A DNA stretch of 64,000 nucleotides from an uncultured virus (IMG/VR IMGVR_UViG_3300020185_000037) (IMGVR_UViG_3300020185_000037:1-64000); one strand, 5' to 3'. Positions 1-9,468 are shown, counted from the stretch's first letter. The notes: a model not told the origin generated them from the letters alone. A program made the numbers and translations.

Positions 1-307
1 TATAAGCCTTTAAATCTGGACCATTTTTTAATAAACCTTTTACTTTTTCAAAATAATCTTCACCAGCTTTAAATCCCATATCTTCTAATTTAGATAAAGA
101 ATAATTTGCTTCAGTAACTACAGATTCTTTAACACCATAAGCGGCTGCATTATCTACAAAACCTTGTGTGAATCCCTTTTTATAAGCCTTTAAATCTGGA
201 CCATTTTTTAATAAACCTTTTACTTTTTCAAAATAATCTTCACCAGCTTTAAATCCCATATCTTCTAATTTAGATAAAGAATAATTTGCTTCAGTAACTA
301 CAGATTC
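1..307. repeat. Perfect in-frame tandem duplication, 180-bp (60-aa) period
   Basis: 1-127 is identical to 181-307; the second copy is truncated by the window edge. Confidence 0.95.
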
Positions 308-979
308 ATTTTGTGATTTCATATATATTTCTACCACTGGATCGCCACCGTTTGTGTTACCACTAACTACCACATTGCCTTTTCCATATTCTTTTTCAAG
401 AGTCTTCATATCCTTTTTAATAGTAGACCATGTGATTGTATCACCGTCAGGTGTGCTGTTTGACTGTACCCATTTTGGGAATTTACCCGTACTAGTATTA
501 CCTAATGGTTTTTTTGGATTGCTAAACATATAAGATAATACATCTTCTCTACTTGCTTCTTTATCACCTATCATGTACTGAGCCTTAGCTTCATTAATAA
601 CTGATTCAGAGAAAGCACCTTGCTTAGGGTCTGACTTTATCTTAGTAGTAAACTTGTGTCTTTTCCAGTTAAAATTTTTGTCTCTTGTTAATGCTGGGTA
701 TAAAACTTTTTTATCATTACCGAAATAAAGGTCAATACCTATATCTCTACCTGTTTCATCATTCATTTCAGCCATTAACTCAAAAAAGTCTTTACCACCA
801 AAGACGCCGTAACCTTCATAGTTTTCTTCATGCCATTTGTTTCCTTTATCGTCAAACATGTAAATATCAGCACCTGACATTGCGCTAATTGCTTTATTAT
901 CACCTAAAGTTTTAAATGAAAACATACCTTCGTTTAAAGGCATGCTGTTGTTTATAAAATTGTTAAAAGATTCAAACAT
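1..979 (-). CDS. Modular putative internal head polyprotein (3' end runs off the window; absent from the ORF track)
   Basis: Manually translated open frame from the ATG at 977-979: MFESFNNFINNSMPLNE-GMFSF...; linkers ESVINEA (587-607) and ESVVTEA (287-307, 107-127); no stop before position 1. Confidence 0.85.
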   Translation of the reverse strand, partial: MFESFNNFINNSMPLNEGMFSFKTLGDNKAISAMSGADIYMFDDKGNKWHEENYEGYGVFGGKDFFELMAEMNDETGRDIGIDLYFGNDKKVLYPALTRDKNFNWKRHKFTTKIKSDPKQGAFSESVINEAKAQYMIGDKEASREDVLSYMFSNPKKPLGNTSTGKFPKWVQSNSTPDGDTITWSTIKKDMKTLEKEYGKGNVVVSGNTNGGDPVVEIYMKSQNESVVTEANYSLSKLEDMGFKAGEDYFEKVKGLLKNGPDLKAYKKGFTQGFVDNAAAYGVKESVVTEANYSLSKLEDMGFKAGEDYFEKVKGLLKNGPDLKAY

Positions 980-999
980 TTTGCTATAATTGTATTTTA

Positions 1000-2838
1000 T
1001 TATATATTAGAAATAAACTGTTCAAATGTTAAAATAGTTTCAACATTCTCAGCAACTGCCATAGAAGCTTCAAGTCTAGACTTTAATTCGTCATACATTC
1101 CATGAATACCCTTTGGCGTTAATTTTTTAAATAGTTTCACGTCACCGTCTAACATGGCATTCCTAACTTGAGTAGCTGAAATATTATTACCAGTTCTTGG
1201 AATTTCAAAAAGTTTAAAGTCATCTCTAACGCCTAAATCTTCTCTATAAGGTTCTTTATTAACCTGGAATCCATATGTTTTCATTCTATCACTACCCGTT
1301 CCCCATAAAACTGGTTCATACTTAGGTCTCATTGCATTGAACATTGTATCAATACCACCTGTTGGTATAATAAATACATCTTCAATTGGAAGTTCTTTCT
1401 TAAGTTTATTAAGCATTTCCATTTGTGTGTCCTCATCGTAAGGGCGCTTAAATGCATCTTCCTTCTTTTTCTTCTTAGCCTTAACTAATAGTATTACAAC
1501 CGGATATCCGTTTTGTTGATGAATTGCTTTAACAACTTTAGCATGACCTAATGTAAACGGTTGAAATCTACCAACAAACATATTAACAAGTTTATTACCA
1601 TGTTCTGGATAATCTACTTTAAGTGCTTCATTCATTGATGAATTAATTGTATCCATCTTTTTATAAGTATTAAAATCTAACACATCACCTTCTTCTATTT
1701 TTGCAGATACGTGGTCGTCAATAGATTTAACAATCTCATTCATTTGATTAACCATATCTTCAGATAAAATATCTGTAGTTTTTGTTCTTTCTCTTCTAAA
1801 TGAGCTTAATGTAATTTTAAAAAGTTCACTTAAAATTTTATTATCGATAAGTTTAAGAGTTTGTTGATTTTCAATAAATTCAGTATTTAACTTAAACGCA
1901 TCTTTTTTTGCAAAATCAGCAGTTTCAAAGTTAACCCCAATAAATTTAGTAGCGTGTTCTTTAATATAAGAATTAAATACTTCAGACATAAGCTCTAAAA
2001 ATCTAAGGTCTTTTTTCTCTTTAATTAAACTGTGCTTTTTAAAATCATAATTTGATAAATACTCAATTAAATCAACAATTGTAATCTGGTAAATATCAGA
2101 TGACTTTCTTTCTGTATTTGATTCATTAACTCTTCTAAAATCTTCAATTTTAAATGGCGTCATTTTTTTACCATCTACAAAAGAAATTATAAGACCGTCA
2201 ATATCGGTATCTAAACCTTCTTGAAGTGTTGAGTTTCTAACGTTTTTATCAAATATGTTAAATAAATCTTTTGTAAATGAACGAGACTCATATGTTGTTG
2301 TAAATTCGCGGTCTGTCATTTCAAGAAGTTTAATTAAAGATTCTTTTTGATCAAATCTTAATTGACCTTCAAATACAATTGGGGGTCTTTGAACCTCTAG
2401 TTTATCAGCCCACTTATTAAGTACTTTAGTATCTCTAATAACTTTCTTAACATTTTCTGTTAGTGGATTTAGCACTTGAATATGTGTAAGCACTAAATTG
2501 TTTTTTGGAAGTAGCGAATATTCAAAGTTGGGTGTTTCACCATCAATTAAATAATCAAAACCAAACTTCCAATCTTTTGGCATCTCTTCTTTAATTTCAT
2601 TAGACAAACCTTTAAAATGCAAAATTGCAGGTTCGTAAAAACCTACAATCGTTCTATCAATAATATCAATAGGTTGAGTTTGTCCTGATTTATAATAATT
2701 ATTGTTTAAATCACCAGACTTTACATGAAATGCTGAAGCCGCTAGTTTTTCTACAACATGAACCTTTTGGTTTAATAGTTGCATAAACTGTTCTCTTGGT
2801 GTTTCTTTAAAATAATCTCTTAACTTTTGAAGTGCCAT
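1000..2838 (-). CDS. Degenerate RNA/DNA-ligase-like domain fused to a HIGH-class (cytidylyltransferase/NMNAT-like) nucleotidyltransferase
   Basis: C-terminal GRFQPFTLGH, GSDR and ISATQVR motifs; N-terminal VVEKLAAS, PIVFEG, DGLII and FKI resemble ligase motifs I, IV and V. Confidence 0.7.
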   Translation of the reverse strand: MALQKLRDYFKETPREQFMQLLNQKVHVVEKLAASAFHVKSGDLNNNYYKSGQTQPIDIIDRTIVGFYEPAILHFKGLSNEIKEEMPKDWKFGFDYLIDGETPNFEYSLLPKNNLVLTHIQVLNPLTENVKKVIRDTKVLNKWADKLEVQRPPIVFEGQLRFDQKESLIKLLEMTDREFTTTYESRSFTKDLFNIFDKNVRNSTLQEGLDTDIDGLIISFVDGKKMTPFKIEDFRRVNESNTERKSSDIYQITIVDLIEYLSNYDFKKHSLIKEKKDLRFLELMSEVFNSYIKEHATKFIGVNFETADFAKKDAFKLNTEFIENQQTLKLIDNKILSELFKITLSSFRRERTKTTDILSEDMVNQMNEIVKSIDDHVSAKIEEGDVLDFNTYKKMDTINSSMNEALKVDYPEHGNKLVNMFVGRFQPFTLGHAKVVKAIHQQNGYPVVILLVKAKKKKKEDAFKRPYDEDTQMEMLNKLKKELPIEDVFIIPTGGIDTMFNAMRPKYEPVLWGTGSDRMKTYGFQVNKEPYREDLGVRDDFKLFEIPRTGNNISATQVRNAMLDGDVKLFKKLTPKGIHGMYDELKSRLEASMAVAENVETILTFEQFISNI

Positions 2839-2843
2839 ATTAT

Positions 2844-3107
2844 TTATTTTGAAAATTCTTTTAAGAACTTTTTAATTTTTGATTTAGGGGCTGTTCCTTT
2901 AATAATGTCTCTTAACTCATACCTAGTAATTTCTTTAGTATGTGTAATTGCTCTTTTAAGGGCATCTAAATCTAAATTATGTTCTTCTTGAAACTCTGTA
3001 GCTGGAACACCGCCTACTTGATCATCTGCTAAGCGGTTCAAAGCATAGCCATCTTTAGATATGCTTGATTCATTTAAGAATTGTTCGTAAAGTTTAATGT
3101 GTTTCAT
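2844..3107 (-). CDS. Small protein with capsid-targeting-like leader
   Basis: N-terminus MKHIKLYEQFLNE-S. Confidence 0.7.
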   Translation of the reverse strand: MKHIKLYEQFLNESSISKDGYALNRLADDQVGGVPATEFQEEHNLDLDALKRAITHTKEITRYELRDIIKGTAPKSKIKKFLKEFSK

Positions 3108-3109
3108 AA

Positions 3110-4396
3110 TTATCTACCATATTTAATGATACCCATTAGCTGATTAATTGCAGCAAAAGTACCCGTTAGTTTATATATTTTACCATTATACTTGAACACT
3201 AAACCTTCAGTCGGTATGATTGACTCAACACCACCGATTCTATTTAAACGCTCTAGCTCAGCTTCTACCTTTTCAATCTGTACAACATTATCACCTTTTC
3301 TGATTTTATCAGCTTCAGTTCTAATCTGCTTATGTAGTCTTTGCATTTCAGCATCTGGAGAAGCAGCAACAAAGTTAGAAGCATTCTTTAATATAACAGA
3401 ACCTAATTCTAAGAATAGGTCTTCAAACGGTCTAATGTTTTCTTTATACTTAGCACCTGAAATTTTATCGTAGTCTTTAATAGCCTGCATTTGCTTTGCA
3501 TCTATTGACTTTTTTAATTTAGTAAATGGTAGCGCTGATTTGTTGTCATATGCCCATCTTTGTAGCAGACCTTCTATAACATCTTGTGTTAATCCCGAGA
3601 ATGTTTTTTCAATCTCTTCTCTCCACCACATTTCGTGGTATCTTGAAACTTCATCATGACCAGCTAGCTTGTACTTCTTTTGAAGTGCATCAACCTTCTT
3701 CATAAAATAAGGCTTCTTAGCTTCAAAGTCTACATCTTTCTGTAGCTTAAGTACTTGCGGTGGTATAATATTAAATACTTTACCCATTCTTGCATTAACA
3801 GCGTCTAGTAACTTTGCAATGTCTTTAGCCGACCTTGCACCCATATCACCTGTAATGTTACCTTCACCATCAGTTTCTTTAATACCGTGGAATTGAATAA
3901 CGTCTCTATCGTAATTAATAACGTTAGGGTTTTGTGAATAGATAAGCTCCATATTCATAAAGTTTTTACCGTCGTTAAAGTACTTCATTTGATCATCAGC
4001 ACTTAACTTTGATAATGAAGATGTTAAGTCTCTAGCTGCAAATGTAAATGTATCTCTAACTAGTTCAGAACCATGGTCCTTGAACATCTTAGTAATACCA
4101 GCTAAACTTAAAGGTGCCATTAACTGTCCTTTATTTCTAGCAAAAAGAACTTCGCCATTCTTAACTGTAGCAAATACATTTTGACCGTCAGTCTTTTCCG
4201 TTGGCTCTTCATCAAAAGTCATTTCACCTTGAAGCCCTGCTTCGATAAACTTTCTAAAGTCATCAAATGTAAGTTCCTTATCATCAAATGGGTGCATCAT
4301 ATGACCTGCTGCGCCACCTTCCATAATAAGTTCACCTTCAAATAGGTTTTGTGTCTTTTCAAATAAGAACTCTTTATATGTATGGAGTAGTTTCAT
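3110..4396 (-). CDS. ATP-dependent RNA-ligase-like nucleotidyltransferase (DUF6267-like) with capsid-targeting-like leader
   Basis: TEKTDGQN (KxDG), RNK, MELIY, EGLVF, KLTG; leader MKLLHTYKEFLFE. Confidence 0.65.
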   Translation of the reverse strand: MKLLHTYKEFLFEKTQNLFEGELIMEGGAAGHMMHPFDDKELTFDDFRKFIEAGLQGEMTFDEEPTEKTDGQNVFATVKNGEVLFARNKGQLMAPLSLAGITKMFKDHGSELVRDTFTFAARDLTSSLSKLSADDQMKYFNDGKNFMNMELIYSQNPNVINYDRDVIQFHGIKETDGEGNITGDMGARSAKDIAKLLDAVNARMGKVFNIIPPQVLKLQKDVDFEAKKPYFMKKVDALQKKYKLAGHDEVSRYHEMWWREEIEKTFSGLTQDVIEGLLQRWAYDNKSALPFTKLKKSIDAKQMQAIKDYDKISGAKYKENIRPFEDLFLELGSVILKNASNFVAASPDAEMQRLHKQIRTEADKIRKGDNVVQIEKVEAELERLNRIGGVESIIPTEGLVFKYNGKIYKLTGTFAAINQLMGIIKYGR

Positions 4397-4397
4397 G

Positions 4398-5252
4398 TTA
4401 TTTTACTTTAACTTTTGCTAAATACCCTTCGATTTCAGTATATTGAGATCTGAATTTAGTTTCACCAACAACTGTTCCCATTGTAAAAGAAACCATAGTT
4501 CCTTCTGGTTTTTTCATTGCAGCTTTATAAGCGTCTCTTGCAGACTGCTCATCATCATAAACACCAATAATACTTTTACTAGTTGAAGACCCCATTCTAA
4601 TAGCTCCTTCTAATCTAATAGTTTGACCATTAAAGTCTGCTTTGTTCGTAGCCATCACTAAATATTTAGTTTCATCTTTAGCCGGAGCGTCTGATGAGAA
4701 TTGACCGAATTCAGCAGGGCTAGTAAAATAGTAAGAGTTCATTATATTAGATTCATTAACTTCAGAATCGTCAGTTGAATTAAATGATTCTAGCAATCTA
4801 CGAAATTTAGAAGAACCGTCCATAAAAGAAACTACATATGCCCAAGCTTGTTCATGGTCAAAATCACCATCTGCAACACCTAAAGAGTTCCATATTTTAG
4901 CAAGTGCATTTCCTACTCCAATTTTATCAGCATCGTTCACTCTTCTGTCCATTTGCTTGAATTCACCGCCGCCATGTTGTAGGGAATACGATTCATTAAC
5001 TTCTAGACCTTCAACAAAAAGTGTTTGACCACCTTTATCTTCAACGTGAAGTTTAGCCTTTGGATATTCTTTTTGAAGAACATTAAATGATGCAGGTACA
5101 GCTTCAGGTGTATTAACAGTTTCTTGGTGAACTACATCACCATCTTCGATAACAACAATAGTTGCTGGATAATCACCAGCTTTAACTGCCTTGTGGATTT
5201 TACCACGAGATGCTTCACCAATGAAGCTTTCAAATAATCTTACTTTTTTCAT
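4398..5252 (-). CDS. Three-module putative internal head polyprotein
   Basis: Leader MKKVRLFESFIGE-A; two internal EVNE-S linkers. Confidence 0.65.
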   Translation of the reverse strand: MKKVRLFESFIGEASRGKIHKAVKAGDYPATIVVIEDGDVVHQETVNTPEAVPASFNVLQKEYPKAKLHVEDKGGQTLFVEGLEVNESYSLQHGGGEFKQMDRRVNDADKIGVGNALAKIWNSLGVADGDFDHEQAWAYVVSFMDGSSKFRRLLESFNSTDDSEVNESNIMNSYYFTSPAEFGQFSSDAPAKDETKYLVMATNKADFNGQTIRLEGAIRMGSSTSKSIIGVYDDEQSARDAYKAAMKKPEGTMVSFTMGTVVGETKFRSQYTEIEGYLAKVKVK

Positions 5253-5264
5253 TTCGTTAATTTA

Positions 5265-5567
5265 TTATTTTGACCAAGGGTGGTTTCTTTTAACCATATC
5301 AAATGCGTTAATCAAACCTAATACATCTTTGTCTTTTTCTGAATGGTAGATTTTACCAGCATCTTTAAAGTACTTCCAAAGTGCTTCCTTAGAGCCTTTC
5401 TTATGACCGTACTCAACATCTTCTTTCTTATCGTATGTAACTACATTATCTTTGTCAAGCTTCTTAAAAGCGTCTACAAACTCCCTGTACTCGTATCCTA
5501 CAAGTTCATTATATGTGTTAAATACACCTTCAGATAAGAAGGCTTCAAATAGCTTTATATGTTTCAT
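5265..5567 (-). CDS. Small protein with capsid-targeting-like leader
   Basis: Probable start at the second Met: MKHIKLFEAFLSE-G. Confidence 0.7.
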   Translation of the reverse strand: MKHIKLFEAFLSEGVFNTYNELVGYEYREFVDAFKKLDKDNVVTYDKKEDVEYGHKKGSKEALWKYFKDAGKIYHSEKDKDVLGLINAFDMVKRNHPWSK

Positions 5568-5571
5568 ACTG

Positions 5572-5612
5572 TAAATATACAAAAAAAGAATGACATAAAA
5601 AAATATATGTCA
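5572..5612 (-). promoter_or_regulatory. Class-1 (early-like) promoter with TGACATA/TATGTCA inverted repeat
   Basis: Minus strand reads TTTTTATGTC...TATATTTAC, matching the motif repeated at 52.9-56.1 kb. Confidence 0.55.
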
Positions 5613-5630
5613 AACTTTTTTAAAACTTTT

Positions 5631-7460
5631 TTATAGTACCTCGATTAAAAATTGAGAACCGTTTTTACCACCGATATTGTACTTAAGGAATTCACCAGAC
5701 CTAACACCCATAATCATGCCGTCACCCTTTTTGATAGTATTCATTTCATCTTTAAAATCAAAGCTCATGTAATCAATTTTATGATAACCTGATGAACTTT
5801 TTTGAAGCCTACCCTCAACCTTAGATGTACCATCAAATTCAGTTGTTGTTAGCATAACCCTTTTACCTTCAGCTTTTTTGATAAATTCTGCAAATTCTTT
5901 AAGTTTTATATCATCGTATCTAGCCTCATCGACTACATCATCAGCATCTTCTTTATCTTCTGATTCATTGATTCCTAAAAAATCTTTAGCCATTGCTAAA
6001 AGATCAGCATATGTATATTTACCTGTTAGTGCTTTATTTGAAATAGTTCCTTCTTTGTCACCAATAGCATACATTGATTTATCATCAAAACCAATACCTT
6101 CAGTCCAAGGTTTGTTTGGATCAAATCCTAATTCACTTGCTAATGTTTTAGCAAGGCTAGTAGCACCTCTAAATTGATCATTATAACGTAATTTGTCGTC
6201 GCCGAATGTACTAGCATCTATAGTTTTGTTACTTTCACCTACTAAATCATCAGCAAGTTCTTCATCTTCCTTATCAACAGATTTTACTGGATAAGTTTTA
6301 CCATCAAATTCAAATTCATCTTTATCGTCAGCAATAGCTTTTAGTCTTGCCGAATTAAACGCTGAACCTTCATTGATTCTTTGCTCTAGATTATTAGCTT
6401 CTACAGCTTCACCCATAAATTTAATAAGTGCATCTCTTAGATTTGATGCAGATGAATTCTTTTTAAATCTAGACTCCATGTAAAGTGCAACAGCTTCAAT
6501 AATAGCGTAACCATTGTATTTAACACCTCTTGCGATTTCAGCACCTAATTCATATACTTTTTCCATCATCAGCTTCTTGCTAATCTGGATTGGCATACCA
6601 CCCATTTCTTTAACAAAGATAGTTGGTGCTTGAAAGTTTGCAAAGTTAATTGCTTTTGCAGCTTGATTAGCTTCTCTGTGGAAGTTAGCGTCAATCATCG
6701 CGGCTTTAAGGGCCTCTTTTAATAACCAACCGATTGTTTGGTCAGCTACTGCATTACCACTTGCAAATGCAGGGTGAGCTGTCATAAATTTATTAATAGC
6801 TGCTAAACCTCTAACCGCGTCTTTTTGAGAACGTGCATCTAGTGCTTCAGTGATTAGCGATTTAGTAAGTGATTCCATTACACCGATCGCGATATCGCCA
6901 ACTTCTCTGTCACCTTTGTCAACATACTTTTTGTTTACAATAGCGATAGGGTATTTTTCCAACCTATAGATTGGCATCATGCCTGTTGAAAAATCGTACT
7001 TGATACCTGCATCTTTAAGTGCAATACCAACGTTCATAAAGTTTGATGCATTTTTTACAGCATCTGCAACTTTATCTAGCATCTCGTCGTGCTTGCCTTC
7101 AGTAACTATTGATTCAAATGTTGACTCTTTAACAAACTCTTCAGCGTTTTCTTCGTCTTCTTTATCTACATTTTTAACCGGCATTTCTTCGTCGCCAACC
7201 TTAAACTCTTCTTCACCTTTAGCAATAGCTTCCGCTCTTGCTGCACCGAAAGCATTACCTTCTTTGGTAAGTTCAGCCATGAATGCGTCTCTATCTTCTT
7301 CGTTTAAGTCTGCAACTGATGCCGCATTGTACTTTTGTAAAAGAGCGTTAAACTCAGAAACTGTAGCGTCTCTTTTAGATGCAACTTCTTTTAATCTAGC
7401 CTCTTCTCTGATTTCATTTTGTAATTGAGAAAAACTTTTAAATGATTCAATCTTTTTCAT
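5631..7460 (-). CDS. Multi-module putative internal head/prohead-core polyprotein
   Basis: Leader MKKIESFKSF; linkers IVTE-G, LITE-A, INE-G, VGE-S, INE-S, VDE-A; two diverged copies of a 47-aa EGxAF..A..EF..G..PVK.VDKEDEE module (7122-7262, 6231-6371). Confidence 0.7.
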   Translation of the reverse strand: MKKIESFKSFSQLQNEIREEARLKEVASKRDATVSEFNALLQKYNAASVADLNEEDRDAFMAELTKEGNAFGAARAEAIAKGEEEFKVGDEEMPVKNVDKEDEENAEEFVKESTFESIVTEGKHDEMLDKVADAVKNASNFMNVGIALKDAGIKYDFSTGMMPIYRLEKYPIAIVNKKYVDKGDREVGDIAIGVMESLTKSLITEALDARSQKDAVRGLAAINKFMTAHPAFASGNAVADQTIGWLLKEALKAAMIDANFHREANQAAKAINFANFQAPTIFVKEMGGMPIQISKKLMMEKVYELGAEIARGVKYNGYAIIEAVALYMESRFKKNSSASNLRDALIKFMGEAVEANNLEQRINEGSAFNSARLKAIADDKDEFEFDGKTYPVKSVDKEDEELADDLVGESNKTIDASTFGDDKLRYNDQFRGATSLAKTLASELGFDPNKPWTEGIGFDDKSMYAIGDKEGTISNKALTGKYTYADLLAMAKDFLGINESEDKEDADDVVDEARYDDIKLKEFAEFIKKAEGKRVMLTTTEFDGTSKVEGRLQKSSSGYHKIDYMSFDFKDEMNTIKKGDGMIMGVRSGEFLKYNIGGKNGSQFLIEVL

Positions 7461-7501
7461 TATATTATAATGTTTTATTTTGATAGTATTATATCTTATT
7501 G

Positions 7502-9016
7502 TTATATATCTCCTTCAAATTTAACTTTTTTGACTTTATAACTGAACTTTTCTTGCTTGTATATCTTCTTTCTAGCAACACCATGTCTATATAAATAGTT
7601 ATGCCATTCATCAAATCGAAGGTCATCAACAAAGTCTATTATATTAACAGAATCTTTAGATTCATGTTGCCTTAAACCCCTACCAATTGACTGTCTAATT
7701 ATCACTTCAGACTTGAAGGATTCTGTAAAGAAAATGTTATGTATTTTTTTAATAGAAATACCGGTTGAAAAAGTACCATATGATGCAACGATAACAACCT
7801 CATCACCGGCTTCCATTTTTGCTTTATACTCTTCACGGATATCTGTATTTGTACCACCGTCAACATAATACACACGCTTATTTGAACGCTGCCTTAATTC
7901 TTCATAAAGTCTTTTACCATGTTCAATCCTGTGAAATAGAACCAATGAATTATTTGGTATTCTTGAAATAACTTTAGTAACAAAGTTTAATCTACCCGGC
8001 GAGTTAATAACATAATTTTGTTCTAATGGAAAAACATCTTTTGACTCATACCTATTTGTCGCTAATTCCATAAAGGCTTCTTTAGCTGATTCAGGTGCGT
8101 AATCCATTTCAATAATATTAACATTACAACCAGCAATGTGACCCTCCTTTTGAAGGAATGCGGCTTTAACCTCAGTAATCAGAGGACCAGTCTGTGACAT
8201 TAGTGTTAACTTATCTAATGAATTTTCTTTAGGTATTGTACCCGATAACCCATATTTATATGTAGCATGTCTACACTTCTGTAAGATTGTTTTAATTGAA
8301 TTTGATTTAGCTTTATGTGTCTCATCAACAATTACAGCTTCAAAATCATCAAAGAATTCTTTAGGTTTTTTAACAAGTGATTGATATGTACCAATAACAA
8401 TATTACGGTTTTCTTTAATCTTTTGACCAGAATATATTTGTTGAATAAGAATCTTAACTCTATTTTCATGATTGTATTCACTAAAGTCCTCAGACGCCTG
8501 AACAACAAGTGATACGTTAGGTACAATAAATAGAATCTTCTTAGCCTTCTCTTTTTCAAGCATGTAAGCAACTGTTAAAAATGAAATAAGTGTTTTACCA
8601 GCAGATGTTGCTAATTCAGAAAGCGACCTCCTAAACTTTAAAATATTATAAGCCGCTTCAATTTGATAGTCCCTTGGTTTAATACCATCAGGATGCCCCT
8701 CAAAAAACTCATTAGCCCATTCTTCAAAACCCTCCGCTGAAATATTCTTATCAAAAAGCCTAGTAACACCGTGAATTTTTATATCGAATTTATATTGTTT
8801 ACAGACTTTCGTGACCTCTTGCCATAAACCAGCAGGGATCCATTTATCATCTTTTACATAAGAAACATAGCCGTCCCATATCCCTTTTTTAACCAAAGGA
8901 TTGAACCGCCATGCGTCTATTCTTCTTGTAAGCGAAATGTTTAACTGTTCTAATTCTAGTTCAGTGGCAACATCGATTCTTAAAAACTGATTATCTTCAG
9001 TTAACGTTAGCTCCAT
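7502..9016 (-). CDS. uvsW: UvsW-like SF2 DNA helicase
   Basis: PRDYQ, ATSAGKT, DETH, GLSGT, STGISI, QSIGRGLR; WDG N-terminal motif. Confidence 0.92.
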   Translation of the reverse strand: MELTLTEDNQFLRIDVATELELEQLNISLTRRIDAWRFNPLVKKGIWDGYVSYVKDDKWIPAGLWQEVTKVCKQYKFDIKIHGVTRLFDKNISAEGFEEWANEFFEGHPDGIKPRDYQIEAAYNILKFRRSLSELATSAGKTLISFLTVAYMLEKEKAKKILFIVPNVSLVVQASEDFSEYNHENRVKILIQQIYSGQKIKENRNIVIGTYQSLVKKPKEFFDDFEAVIVDETHKAKSNSIKTILQKCRHATYKYGLSGTIPKENSLDKLTLMSQTGPLITEVKAAFLQKEGHIAGCNVNIIEMDYAPESAKEAFMELATNRYESKDVFPLEQNYVINSPGRLNFVTKVISRIPNNSLVLFHRIEHGKRLYEELRQRSNKRVYYVDGGTNTDIREEYKAKMEAGDEVVIVASYGTFSTGISIKKIHNIFFTESFKSEVIIRQSIGRGLRQHESKDSVNIIDFVDDLRFDEWHNYLYRHGVARKKIYKQEKFSYKVKKVKFEGDI

Positions 9017-9042
9017 TCATAAATGAAACTTTTTTATTTTCG

Positions 9043-9468
9043 TTACAGCCCCTGTAATTGCAGCTTATTACGAACGGCCCAGCTCATATTATCCAGAGTC
9101 TTTACCGATTCACGCAAAAAATCCATCTGCGTAGTCAACAAACCTAAAATCATATTATCGTCTGACATATCAGCTTTTAAAAATGATTCCTTTTGTTTGT
9201 CTGTTAATTTATAATCGTACTCAAAATACTTGATGTACGAGTTTTTGTAGGTTTTTGACAGCTTACCCTCCTGTTGTTTAATCTTAATGTTAAGTTGTGC
9301 AATCTGCTCAATAATAATCTGCCTATAAGACGGAATCTCTACCATTGCCTGATTCAACATATCAACCTCTTTAAAACATTTAGCCAGTTCACGAATCTTT
9401 TGGGTCCACTCTTGACGTTGCTCGTTTAAATAAGTATCTATCTTTATAACTTTATTTTCAGTTGACAT
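9043..9468 (-). CDS. uvsY: UvsY-like recombination mediator
   Basis: 141-aa helical protein adjacent to uvsW, as in T4-like genomes. Confidence 0.55.
   Translation of the reverse strand: MSTENKVIKIDTYLNEQRQEWTQKIRELAKCFKEVDMLNQAMVEIPSYRQIIIEQIAQLNIKIKQQEGKLSKTYKNSYIKYFEYDYKLTDKQKESFLKADMSDDNMILGLLTTQMDFLRESVKTLDNMSWAVRNKLQLQGL

Noticed and set aside
1..307. Repeat considered as a CRISPR array or terminal repeat
   Set aside because: The 180-bp unit is in frame within a CDS, has no spacers, and no cas genes are present
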